Assembly: GCA_900550205.1 (NCBI GenBank)
Contig: URRJ01000001.1
Span: 1 to 52,835, forward strand
Length of the DNA: 52,835 nt
From: an uncultured Collinsella sp.
Lineage (GTDB): Bacteria > Actinomycetota > Coriobacteriia > Coriobacteriales > Coriobacteriaceae
Direction: 5' to 3'
Position 1 is the first letter of the stretch. Each line of letters begins with the position of its first letter. Below are positions 10,490 through 19,182 of this stretch, piece by piece. The position numbers and the translations under genes are program-made. Under the pieces are notes generated by a model. The model was not told the DNA's origin and did no database searches. It saw only the letters and a list, made by a program, of their open reading frames with translations.

Positions 10490-11194
10490 TTAGCGAACGA
10501 CTCGCTGCGATTTGCGCCACAGCAGATACGAGTAGACGTAGACGGCTCCGACCGAACCAAACGCCAGCACCGCAATCACCGCGGCGACGACTTCATTCGA
10601 AAGCACCGCACCTGCCACGCCCATCGCAATCAGGCCAACACCCAGCACCATAAAGCAGGCACCGCCAAAACGCTGCGTACGGCGCCAGTTCTCGGGATCG
10701 GCAAGCGCCCAAGGTGTCTTGATGCCGAGCGTATAGTTCTGCTTCACACGCGGCAAGTAGTTGCCTACGCCGATGAACAGCAAACCGACAACACCGGAAA
10801 TCAGCACGTTAACCGAACCGACCGCCGGCACCACGCCCCAGACCGTAAGCTCTCCCAGCCAGCTTATGGCGCACATGAACAAGGTGAAGGCGATTACGAA
10901 GCCCTGATAGAACTTGCCCGAGGTTCGATATGCCTCACCTTTGGGGTCGATGCGCGGCACCACGCAGAACATTGCGAGAAGCGCCAGAGGCAGCACGCCG
11001 AGCGCGGAGGCCATCCAGCTAGGACCCCAACCATCGACGGCACCGTTCGCGCCCCAGTGCGTGGGAATCTGTGCAGGCAAGCTCGGCATCACCATGAGGT
11101 GCGCTACGACATTGGCGACGCACAGAACAACCAGCGCAATCCACACGCGCGACGATACCCCCGTGGGGTGAATGCCCTTGTTTTCGTTATTCAT
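10490..11194 (-). CDS. SdpI-family membrane protein (DUF1648 + SdpI domain)
   Basis: LPAQIPTHW...DGW, GNYLPRVKQNYTLGIKTPWAL...W motifs and several TM helices. Confidence 0.85.
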   Translation of the reverse strand: MNNENKGIHPTGVSSRVWIALVVLCVANVVAHLMVMPSLPAQIPTHWGANGAVDGWGPSWMASALGVLPLALLAMFCVVPRIDPKGEAYRTSGKFYQGFVIAFTLFMCAISWLGELTVWGVVPAVGSVNVLISGVVGLLFIGVGNYLPRVKQNYTLGIKTPWALADPENWRRTQRFGGACFMVLGVGLIAMGVAGAVLSNEVVAAVIAVLAFGSVGAVYVYSYLLWRKSQRVVR

Positions 11195-11465
11195 CCTTAT
11201 CACCTTCCGTGTTTGTAAAGCCCATAAACCAACCGATCAAGTCCTGCATGACGGTGGTGTTTAAGCTGTAAACGATGTTTTGGCCATGACGTTCATCGGT
11301 CACCAACCCGGCGTTTTTGAGCGTCGCCAAGTGATGGCTCAGCGACGGCTTACTGATATCGAAATGCTCGGCAAGCTCCCCCGCCGTGCAATTGCCCTCG
11401 CGCAGCAACTCCAAAATGCGCCGTCGCGTTGGATCGGCCAGCGCTTTAAAACCCTCTCCCGGCAT
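11187..11465 (-). CDS. ArsR-family autorepressor, SdpR-like
   Basis: FKALADPTRRRIL, SKPSLSHHL..LKNAGLV, GQNIVYSLNTTV. Overlaps the start of the sdpI-like gene. Confidence 0.9.
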   Translation of the reverse strand: MPGEGFKALADPTRRRILELLREGNCTAGELAEHFDISKPSLSHHLATLKNAGLVTDERHGQNIVYSLNTTVMQDLIGWFMGFTNTEGDKDE

Positions 11466-11513
11466 AAGACCTCCTCTCATCATCTCTCATGACGTGCACA
11501 CTATACTCTGTAT

Positions 11514-11529
11514 TTAGATGTTTGTCTAA
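11514..11529. promoter_or_regulatory. Putative SdpR/ArsR operator
   Basis: Palindrome ttaga-tgtttg-tctaa with an adjacent tatctaa half-site, just upstream of the repressor gene. Confidence 0.55.
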
Positions 11530-11644
11530 CTATCTAACCGCAATGCTTCAAACCACATCAAAGCAAACGCCATCGCAGCCTATGGGCGATTACCTATAAT
11601 GGCGATAGCTAAAACACGACCCGCTTCCCCATCGGAGGATGTCT

Positions 11645-12442
11645 ATGACCGAAACCGCAGCCGCAATTTCCAACGAGACGCGCGACACCAAGCTCGAGAT
11701 CATTATGGGGCGCGAGGCGCTCGATAAACTCGCCAGCTCCACAGTGCTGGTGCTCGGCTGCGGAGGCGTGGGCTCCAACTGCTGCGAGGCACTCGCCCGC
11801 GGCGGCATCGGTCATTTCGTCATTCTGGACAAGGACATCATCGCGCCCAGCAATATCAATCGCCAGGCCATCGCCTTTTACAGCACCGTCGGCAAGCGCA
11901 AGGTGGACGTGATGGAAGCCATGATTCGCGATATCAATCCCGCCGCCACCGTTATCAAGCGCACCGAATACCTGCTGAGCGACAACATCGACGAGTTTTT
12001 CGCGAGCGTTTTGGAGCAGACGGGTGGCAAGCTCGACTACGTCGTCGACGCCATCGACACCATCTCGGCCAAGCTCACCATTGCCAAATATGCTCAGGAC
12101 CAGGGCATTCGTTTGGTTAGCTCCATGGGCGGGGCCAACAAGCTCCATCCCGAGTGCCTCCGCTTTGCCGACATTTTCGATACGGTACGTGACCCCATGA
12201 GCCGCATCATGCGCAAAGAATGTAAGAAGCGCGGAATCAAGAGCCTACATGTACTGTTTAGCTGCGAGGAATCGGTTAAGACACAGCCCCGCGACCCTTC
12301 CAACATCCACGAGCGCACCGAGCTCGGAACCGCCAGCTTTATGCCGCCCATCATGGGTCAGATGATTGCCGGCGAGGTTATCCGCCAGATCAGCGGACGC
12401 GGCACCGAGCGCGTGCGCGCCGACGGCCAACGTCTGGACTAG
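11645..12442 (+). CDS. tcdA: tRNA threonylcarbamoyladenosine dehydratase (ThiF/E1-like)
   Basis: LGCGGVGS, SNINRQ, VVDAIDT..AK, SSMGGANK and DPMSRIMRK. Confidence 0.85.
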   Translation: MTETAAAISNETRDTKLEIIMGREALDKLASSTVLVLGCGGVGSNCCEALARGGIGHFVILDKDIIAPSNINRQAIAFYSTVGKRKVDVMEAMIRDINPAATVIKRTEYLLSDNIDEFFASVLEQTGGKLDYVVDAIDTISAKLTIAKYAQDQGIRLVSSMGGANKLHPECLRFADIFDTVRDPMSRIMRKECKKRGIKSLHVLFSCEESVKTQPRDPSNIHERTELGTASFMPPIMGQMIAGEVIRQISGRGTERVRADGQRLD

Positions 12443-12456
12443 CGGAGCGCGCCGAG

Positions 12457-13239
12457 ATGGAGCCCCGGTTATTTGATGCACACTGCCATCTTGATTTGAT
12501 GACTTACCCGAATGCCGTTGCCGACGAAACCGCGGCTATAGGGCTGGGGGTCTTTGATTGCGGGGTCGACCCACGCGACTTCGCGGCAGCAAAAAAGCGT
12601 GCCAGCCGCTACCCAAACATTATCGCGGGCGTCGGCCTCCATCCCTGGTGGCTCGCCGACGGCCGCTGCGGTCCTGCCGAAGTCAATCTGCTTTGCGAAG
12701 TTACCGCCCAAGAGCGCTACATCGGCGAGGTGGGACTCGACTTTTCCGCGCGCTTTGCCGGAAGTGAGCCGCTACAAATGCAGGCACTTGACCGGCTCTG
12801 CGATACTCTCGTGCAGCGTCCTCTTGCCGGGCGCGTGATATCAATTCACGCCGTTCGTTCGGCAGGAACCGTGCTGGACGTGCTCGAATCGCATGGACTA
12901 CTCATCCCAAACCCCGACTCCCCCGTTATCATCTTCCACTGGTTTAGCGGTACTTCGGACGAACTCGTCCGCGCGCGTAATGCGGGCTGCTATTTTTCCG
13001 TCAACGAACGCATGCTCGCGTCTAAACGAGGACGCGAATACGCACGACAGATTCCACTCGATCGTTTACTGCTCGAAACCGATGCACCGGCGGAGGCAAA
13101 CGCAGAAACAAGCGCGCAGTCGCTCATCAGATCACTCATAAGGACCTCAGAACGCATCGCCTCACCCAAAAACTGTGCCGCAAAGCACATCGAGTCGGAG
13201 GTTTTAGCGAATGCACACTCTGTTTTTAGCCTTCGCTGA
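12457..13239 (+). CDS. TatD-family hydrolase/DNase
   Basis: DAHCH, GLHPW, IGEVGLD, FHWFSG and LLLETDAP. Confidence 0.9.
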   Translation: MEPRLFDAHCHLDLMTYPNAVADETAAIGLGVFDCGVDPRDFAAAKKRASRYPNIIAGVGLHPWWLADGRCGPAEVNLLCEVTAQERYIGEVGLDFSARFAGSEPLQMQALDRLCDTLVQRPLAGRVISIHAVRSAGTVLDVLESHGLLIPNPDSPVIIFHWFSGTSDELVRARNAGCYFSVNERMLASKRGREYARQIPLDRLLLETDAPAEANAETSAQSLIRSLIRTSERIASPKNCAAKHIESEVLANAHSVFSLR

Positions 13240-13518
13240 CCCCTGTGGTCAAAAAACGTCAAATATGAGTACTGCTAGCGAAATGGATACATTACTTTGA
13301 GCTTTACGACCACCAGAATAATCTACGATTGTCCATTAACTAACACTTTTACAGTCATTCCTCCTGCATTTTCGCAAGTTTAAACCCCTCCAAACGCTTA
13401 AATCACGTCTGAAGGGGTCAATTATGCTGCGACTAAATTAGTCACAGTACTCATATTTGGCATTTTTTGACCACCGAGTCACAGGGAGGCGCTAATGCAG
13501 CTCCCTGAGCCCGCTCGG

Positions 13519-14382
13519 CTATTCGCAAATCGGCGCTCCATGGCCCCAAGAGCCTTCCATGCCGCATACGGTCGAGGCAAACCCCGCCGCAAAGTCGAGT
13601 GCGCGCTCGATGGCCTCGGCGCCATCCTCGCCACGCTTGACAGAATCGAGATAGCACATCAGGAACGAGGTAAGGAACGAGTCACCCGCCCCCATGGTGT
13701 CCTTCATGTCTGCCACGGGTTTGGCATGCTGCCGATAGTAACGCTCGCCGTCATAGGCAATACAGCCCTCAGCGCCAGCCGTGGCCGATACAAAACGCGG
13801 ACCCAGGCTCTTCACCCATGCCAGGCGCTCGCGAATCTCATCCTCGCTCGCGGCGTCTGCCGCGCTAAAGAATGCGAAGTCAACGTAGGGAGCAATCTGC
13901 TCGTAGTACTCGTCGGTCGAATCGTCCGAGAAGTCAAACGAAACGGTAATACCCGCTGCCTTCAGCTTAGGCAGCTCGCGCTCGGTAAAGCAGTAGTTAC
14001 CCGAATGGACCACATCAAACTGTTTCATATATGCCAGATCAAAACGATCGAGCACATAGCGCGCATCACCACGGATGCCACCCTCGTTAGACCCCAGAAA
14101 TACACGATCACCATCAACCACAGTAACGCGTGCCACACCGTTCTCGCCAATGAGCTGCTTGCACTTGGCAAGTTCAACGTCCTCATCCTCAAGACTCGCA
14201 ATCACATGCTCGGCAGCAGCGTCATTACCAAAGATGCCCATATACGCGGAGCGCGCGGCTCCGCATTTCTTGGCATACACGGCAAAGTTCACCGCATTGC
14301 CACCCGGATACATCGTGTGAATATGCTCGTAGCGGTCGACGACGTTGTCGCCAAACCCAAGAGCATTAACGTTGAATGTCAT
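13519..14382 (-). CDS. frlD: PfkB-family kinase, fructoselysine 6-kinase-like
   Basis: GDNVVDRY...YPGGNAVNFAV, GDRVF and SFDFSD resemble FrlD. DTMGAGDSF is the PfkB signature. Confidence 0.75.
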   Translation of the reverse strand: MTFNVNALGFGDNVVDRYEHIHTMYPGGNAVNFAVYAKKCGAARSAYMGIFGNDAAAEHVIASLEDEDVELAKCKQLIGENGVARVTVVDGDRVFLGSNEGGIRGDARYVLDRFDLAYMKQFDVVHSGNYCFTERELPKLKAAGITVSFDFSDDSTDEYYEQIAPYVDFAFFSAADAASEDEIRERLAWVKSLGPRFVSATAGAEGCIAYDGERYYRQHAKPVADMKDTMGAGDSFLTSFLMCYLDSVKRGEDGAEAIERALDFAAGFASTVCGMEGSWGHGAPICE

Positions 14383-14442
14383 AGCGTCGTCCCTCTCTTA
14401 TGCCAACGGAACCAGTGTTGTGGTAGCAGTACTGCCCAGAAC

Positions 14443-15102
14443 CTACGCGAGTTCCAGCAGGTCCGGCAGCTGGTCGATAATCTTATCCGCGGCATCCTGG
14501 CTAAAGCCAAAGCGCTCCTCGCGCTTGGCGATTACCGTCAGACCGGCGCGCTTACCTGCGGTAATGCCATACAGAGAGTCCTCCACACAGCAACAGCGGT
14601 CCGCAGGCAATCCCAAACGATCTATAGCATGCAGATAGATATCAGGATCGGGCTTGCTGCGCTTGAACTGCTCGCCCGAGACCAAAAACTCAAAGTATTC
14701 GCGAATGCCGCAGGTACCCAGCACCTCTTCGATATTGTTGAGAGGAGACGACGATGCCAGCGCAACGCGAACCCCACGTTCTTTCAGCCCCGCCAGCGTC
14801 TCGGCAACGCCGGGGTTGAGCAGTTTTCTATAGTCGCAGGAATACGCGCTCGCCCACACCTCATAGCGTGCCTCGGCAGCCTCGACGCTGAGCTTGCCCA
14901 AACCCGCACGCTCATGCCAATCGACGAGCACCTGCTGAAAATCACGGTGCGATGAACCAACAATCGCATTAAGCTCGTCGCGCGTCACAGAAATCTGCAG
15001 GTAATCGATAAACTTCTCGAGTTCCTTTTGATAGTAAAACTCGGTGTCGACCAAAACGCCGTCCATGTCAAAGATAACGGCGTCAAACGGAAATGCGGAC
15101 AC
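14443..15102 (-). CDS. HAD-superfamily phosphatase (beta-PGM-like)
   Basis: FDMDGVLVDT, ASSS, KPDPDIY and VEDS. GTG start after a GGGAGGG RBS. Confidence 0.9.
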   Translation of the reverse strand: MSAFPFDAVIFDMDGVLVDTEFYYQKELEKFIDYLQISVTRDELNAIVGSSHRDFQQVLVDWHERAGLGKLSVEAAEARYEVWASAYSCDYRKLLNPGVAETLAGLKERGVRVALASSSPLNNIEEVLGTCGIREYFEFLVSGEQFKRSKPDPDIYLHAIDRLGLPADRCCCVEDSLYGITAGKRAGLTVIAKREERFGFSQDAADKIIDQLPDLLELA

Positions 15103-15166
15103 GGCACCCTCCCTAACAAAAGGACGCCCGCGAGCAGGCGCCCGAACCATGCATTAATCGGCGATT

Positions 15167-16009
15167 CTAACCCAGCAGCTTATCCAGCGCCACCGCAATG
15201 CCGTCTTCGTTGTTATTGGCGGTCACCATCTGGGCCACGGCCTTAACCTCGTCAACCGCGTTGCCCATGGCAACACCAGTGCCGGCCCACTCAATCATGG
15301 ACTTGTCGTTCTGGCCGTCGCCAAACGATACGACCTCGCTGGCATCGATACCCAACTTGGATAGGGAGCCCTCGAGCGCGCGAGCCTTATCGATGCCGGG
15401 CGCCGTAAACTCAAAGTACCAGTCGGCCGTAAACATACCCGAAAGCGTCTGAGTAAAGGGCGCGTACATCTCCTCGTGATGCGCTTGCAGATAGGCCGGG
15501 TCTCCCGCGGTGAGCAATTTGTCCACCGGATAGGCATCTACAACCTCATGGAGGCTCTCGACCTCACGGATCTTAAGGTCGCACGCATCGCGCTCGTATT
15601 TGACGATATTCTTCTGCGAACCGTCCGGCAGTGTGATCATGCAGCGATACGAGTCCACGACGTGCAGGTCCCGACCGAGCGAGATCATGGGAATCACGTC
15701 AAAGTTGCGCAGGTGATCGAGCAGACGATGCAATTCGTCGACCGGCATGGCCTGGTCAAACAGTACCTCGTCGGTCTGGGCATCGACTACGTGTGCACCG
15801 TTAAAGGCCACGAGCAGGCCATCATGATTGTGTAGGTCGAGCTCCTGACCAAGGGCGCGAAGGCCCCATGCAGGACGGCCCGAAGCCAGAATGAGCTTGA
15901 TGCCCGATTCCTGTGCCGCGAGCAGCTTCTCGCGCGTACGCGGGCTGATGACCTTTTGGTCGTTGGTAAGCGTACCGTCGATATCCATTGCGATGGCTTT
16001 GATTGCCAT
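15167..16009 (-). CDS. Cof-type HAD-IIB hydrolase
   Basis: DIDGTL, ASGR, FGDGQNDKSM and GVAMGNA. Confidence 0.9.
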   Translation of the reverse strand: MAIKAIAMDIDGTLTNDQKVISPRTREKLLAAQESGIKLILASGRPAWGLRALGQELDLHNHDGLLVAFNGAHVVDAQTDEVLFDQAMPVDELHRLLDHLRNFDVIPMISLGRDLHVVDSYRCMITLPDGSQKNIVKYERDACDLKIREVESLHEVVDAYPVDKLLTAGDPAYLQAHHEEMYAPFTQTLSGMFTADWYFEFTAPGIDKARALEGSLSKLGIDASEVVSFGDGQNDKSMIEWAGTGVAMGNAVDEVKAVAQMVTANNNEDGIAVALDKLLG

Positions 16010-16158
16010 ATATGCCTCCCTGTCATTGAACAGCCTTGTCTGAGCCATCATACAGAACACCCGCGGCGGCGCTGTTTGCAACGGGAAAAATGTCATATTG
16101 TCCCGAACATGAACGGCGCGTGGTCGTGAAGCTTTATCGCTCAGGTCAAATACGTCTG

Positions 16159-16833
16159 CTAGCGACGCTCATCCGTCGGTGCACCCTCGACGATCGCGAT
16201 GCCCGCCGATGCACCCAGGGCGCTGGCGCCGGCCTCGATGAATGCGCAAGCCTCTTCGTAATTATGGATACCGCCCGCCGCCTTGATTGCCACGGCATCG
16301 CCGAGCACCTCGTGCATCAGCCGCACGTCCTCGAGCTTAGCGCCGCCAAAGCTTCTGCCAGTCGATGTCTTAAGGAATCCCGGCTTAGCCTCCAGCGCAA
16401 TCTCACAGACACGGCGCTTGGCGGCATCGTCGCCGTCCAGCTTGCACATCTCGACGATCACCTTGTCAGTGATGCCATGCGCGCGACAAAAATCAGCAAT
16501 GGCAGTCATCTCGCGCTCGATGGCAACATAATCGCGGTCCTCGACCGACTCCTGATTCAAAACGTAGTCAATCTCGGTAAAGCCGCGCGCAGCGTATTCC
16601 TCAAACCTCGCAAGCTTCTCCTCAAGCGTCATAGTGCCCTGAGGAAAGTCGATAGCGCCGGCAAGGATGATGTCAGAGTCCTCGAGCATGGCGCGACCCG
16701 TCTCGTACTCCTGCAGGTTCGCAAATACGCAGCGGAAGTTGTACCTTAACGCCTTCTCGACATACTGCTCAAACGTGTCCTCGGGGGCATCGATATAGTC
16801 GATGTATTTATTGATGGGTTTGGCAAACGTCAT
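16159..16833 (-). CDS. deoC: Deoxyribose-phosphate aldolase family
   Basis: IDFPQG, EIDYV, KVIVE, FLKTSTG (Schiff-base Lys) and IKAAGGI. Confidence 0.85.
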   Translation of the reverse strand: MTFAKPINKYIDYIDAPEDTFEQYVEKALRYNFRCVFANLQEYETGRAMLEDSDIILAGAIDFPQGTMTLEEKLARFEEYAARGFTEIDYVLNQESVEDRDYVAIEREMTAIADFCRAHGITDKVIVEMCKLDGDDAAKRRVCEIALEAKPGFLKTSTGRSFGGAKLEDVRLMHEVLGDAVAIKAAGGIHNYEEACAFIEAGASALGASAGIAIVEGAPTDERR

Positions 16834-17053
16834 GCTGGGCCTCCTTGTTCAGGACCGACAACCAATCCGTGGGTTCACGCGAAAAACCACGTTCAATGTA
16901 CGCCCGATACGCAAGGGCAGCGTCCTCATTCCGACAAGCGGTATGAAATTAGCCTTAAAAGTATATTCATGGACAGCGAATGGCGCCGCACGCGGATGCC
17001 GACAGCAAGACATCTCCCCCTCTCAATACACCCTCATGCCCATTCAGAATAGC

Positions 17054-17087
17054 AAGGGGCCCGTATCCCAACGGATACGGGCCCCTT
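17054..17087 (-). terminator. Terminator hairpin (copy of the pgi terminator)
   Basis: Perfect stem aaggggcccgtatcc-caac-ggatacgggcccctt, nearly identical to the hairpin at ~20557-20588. Confidence 0.8.
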
Positions 17088-17116
17088 TCGGCCATGACCT
17101 ATCTCAGCAACAAAGA

Positions 17117-17146
17117 CTACTTGCGGTGAGCGCGGTAGAACTCGAT
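17117..17146 (-). repeat. Duplicated pgi 3' end (att-like site)
   Basis: ctacttgcggtgagcgcggtagaactcgat encodes IEFYRAHRK* and is 28/30 identical to 20621-20650. Confidence 0.9.
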
Positions 17147-17610
17147 CGCACCATCTTATCCGCGCCGGGGCACGTTCGCATAGCGCGGCGCGTGACGGTT
17201 GCAAAACCACCCCATTTGAAACAAACGCAAAAAAGTACTTGCAAAGACGCGTTCCGACATATAAGTTGATAAAAATCCGCCGTTGCGGTTTTAAGTAGAT
17301 CGAGCATATGAAGTTTCAGTTTTTAGCGTGTAAGAGAAAGAAGATCGGCAAAGTACAGCCCCAAACGCAATGACAACTTAATGAGGTAACTGCCACATGT
17401 GAGGCACCCAGGGCATTGCTGTCTCGATTTTGAGCACGATGCCTTCCGCCTTGCATGGGCCGTTCCATCCCGCCCCTGCAGCAACTGCCTCACGGGCTCA
17501 TTGAAAACCGCATAGCACCCCAACGTCAGCACATCACCCACGGCAAGCACATCACTCACGACAACCGACACATCAACAAACAGCACGAACATCAACCGAT
17601 TGGAGAAGCT

Positions 17611-18501
17611 ATGACAAACCACCACGCTGAAGACGGCGATAAGAAAAGCATTCTGGATGCCCGCATTGAGCGAGCATATGCAAACGAATATGACGCCGCC
17701 TTTGCCGCCGCGACCATCAAGAACTACGCGTCGCTACCGCTCGCGACGATCTTGGCCGACCACCCTCAACTGCTGAAGCGCTGCACAAAGATCATGGGCG
17801 ACCCCGACATTCGCAAGCTGACAGACCCCTATGCCCCAAAACGCGACAACGATTCGTACGTTCTTACCGTAGGCTGCCTAGCCCATATGCTTACGGCGCT
17901 CGACACGAAACTCAAGCTCGAATGGGAACCCGACGAGCGTCATGAACTCGAAAGCAAGCGGAACGCCCTGCGCACCGCACTGTTCCTTCCGTTGGACGGC
18001 CTCAAGCGCTGCAACGTCGAGCTCAATACACAGGCGCGGCAAAAGCCCGGGACCACGGGGCAGAAAACTCCAAGACCCCATGCGGCCATCGTCGACCGCA
18101 ACCGATATAACCGCATGACCGCGCACTTTTCCGCCGAGGGAGCAGCCATAAGGACGCTGATCGACCTGCTTTGCCTCCTGAGCATCAACGAGCTATTTGA
18201 GGGCTATCTCGCCCTTGTTCCCGCGACGGCACCCAAGTCGGTAGCAAAGATCATCGAGACCTGCAGACGCCAGTTTGAGCGCCATCGCAATGGCAGCGAG
18301 ATGAACGCCAGCATCGCGCAGTACTACGCGGCTCATTACAAAAATGACGGATGTGCCCCTGTCGAGCATCAGCTGCGGCTCGCCTACACCACGCCTACCG
18401 CAACGCTCCATCGCTTTGGAGCCCTTGGCGCTTGTGAGCCGCACAAACAGGCAGCCTGCCCCACAACCGAGCTCGATCTCAGGCTCGGACGAACCCTGTA
18501 G
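17611..18501 (+). CDS. Hypothetical protein, islet gene 1 (~296 aa, helical-looking)
   Basis: GGAGAAG RBS just before the ATG at 17611 and a long ORF co-oriented with the next two genes. An alternative start at 17455 would add a His-rich extension. Confidence 0.7.
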   Translation: MTNHHAEDGDKKSILDARIERAYANEYDAAFAAATIKNYASLPLATILADHPQLLKRCTKIMGDPDIRKLTDPYAPKRDNDSYVLTVGCLAHMLTALDTKLKLEWEPDERHELESKRNALRTALFLPLDGLKRCNVELNTQARQKPGTTGQKTPRPHAAIVDRNRYNRMTAHFSAEGAAIRTLIDLLCLLSINELFEGYLALVPATAPKSVAKIIETCRRQFERHRNGSEMNASIAQYYAAHYKNDGCAPVEHQLRLAYTTPTATLHRFGALGACEPHKQAACPTTELDLRLGRTL

Positions 18502-18564
18502 CCCGCCAGCCCCTCCGCGGGCAACAATCCTATTCCACAACACAACCAACAGAAAGGAGTCCTC

Positions 18565-19182
18565 ATGGACACCAATCATTCCCCCATCATCAGCCCCCTC
18601 ACCATGCGTGAATCCGCCCGAGGTATCACGCTCACCAGCATTTACGATGAGATGCTCGCCCGTCGCGAGCTCTCCGTCATGGGAAACATCGAAACCCCGA
18701 TGGCCCACGACCTATGCCAGCAGATCCGCCTGCTCGATGCCACCGACCCCAGCCGCCCCATCACCATATTTGTCGCCAGCGCCGGCGGAAGCGTGCGATC
18801 GGGTCTTGCGATCTATGACGCCATGCGCCTCGCATCGTGCCCTATCCGCACCGTCTGCCTGGAATTCGCCGCGTCCATGGGCGCCGTGATCTTTATGGGC
18901 GGCGACGATCGCCGTATGGCGCCCCATGCAGAGCTCATGATTCACGACCCGCTGATCCCCCAGGGGGCAGGCGGCTCGGCACTTGCGCTGCAGGAAACCA
19001 GCCGGCGTCTCATGCAGACCCGCAAGACCCTCACGCAAATCCTCTCGGACCGCAGCGGCCTCACGCCCAAGCGCATCCAGTCCCTCACTGCAAAAGACAC
19101 CTACCTTTCGGCCGAGCGCGCCGTCGAGCTCGGCTTTGCCCACGAAATCCTCTCGACCACCAAGGAGGTCGCCCATGTCTAA
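18565..19182 (+). CDS. ClpP-family serine protease (accessory paralog)
   Basis: SAGGSV..GLAIYDAM, AASMG (Ser), MIHDP (His) and KDTYLSAERAVELG (Asp). AAAGGAG RBS. Confidence 0.92.
   Translation: MDTNHSPIISPLTMRESARGITLTSIYDEMLARRELSVMGNIETPMAHDLCQQIRLLDATDPSRPITIFVASAGGSVRSGLAIYDAMRLASCPIRTVCLEFAASMGAVIFMGGDDRRMAPHAELMIHDPLIPQGAGGSALALQETSRRLMQTRKTLTQILSDRSGLTPKRIQSLTAKDTYLSAERAVELGFAHEILSTTKEVAHV

Noticed and set aside
11645..13239. ThiF/E1-like + TatD pair as a defence system
   Set aside because: The motifs match the housekeeping tRNA enzyme TcdA and an ordinary TatD. There is no E2/JAB, cyclase or Qat partner.
17528..17597. Mini-CRISPR array
   Set aside because: The shared cores are only 6-18 bp and degenerate, with no proper spacers and no cas genes.
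18983..19174. N-terminal extension of the VirD4-like ORF
   Set aside because: It lies inside the ClpP gene. The AAGGAGG RBS supports the start at 19175.
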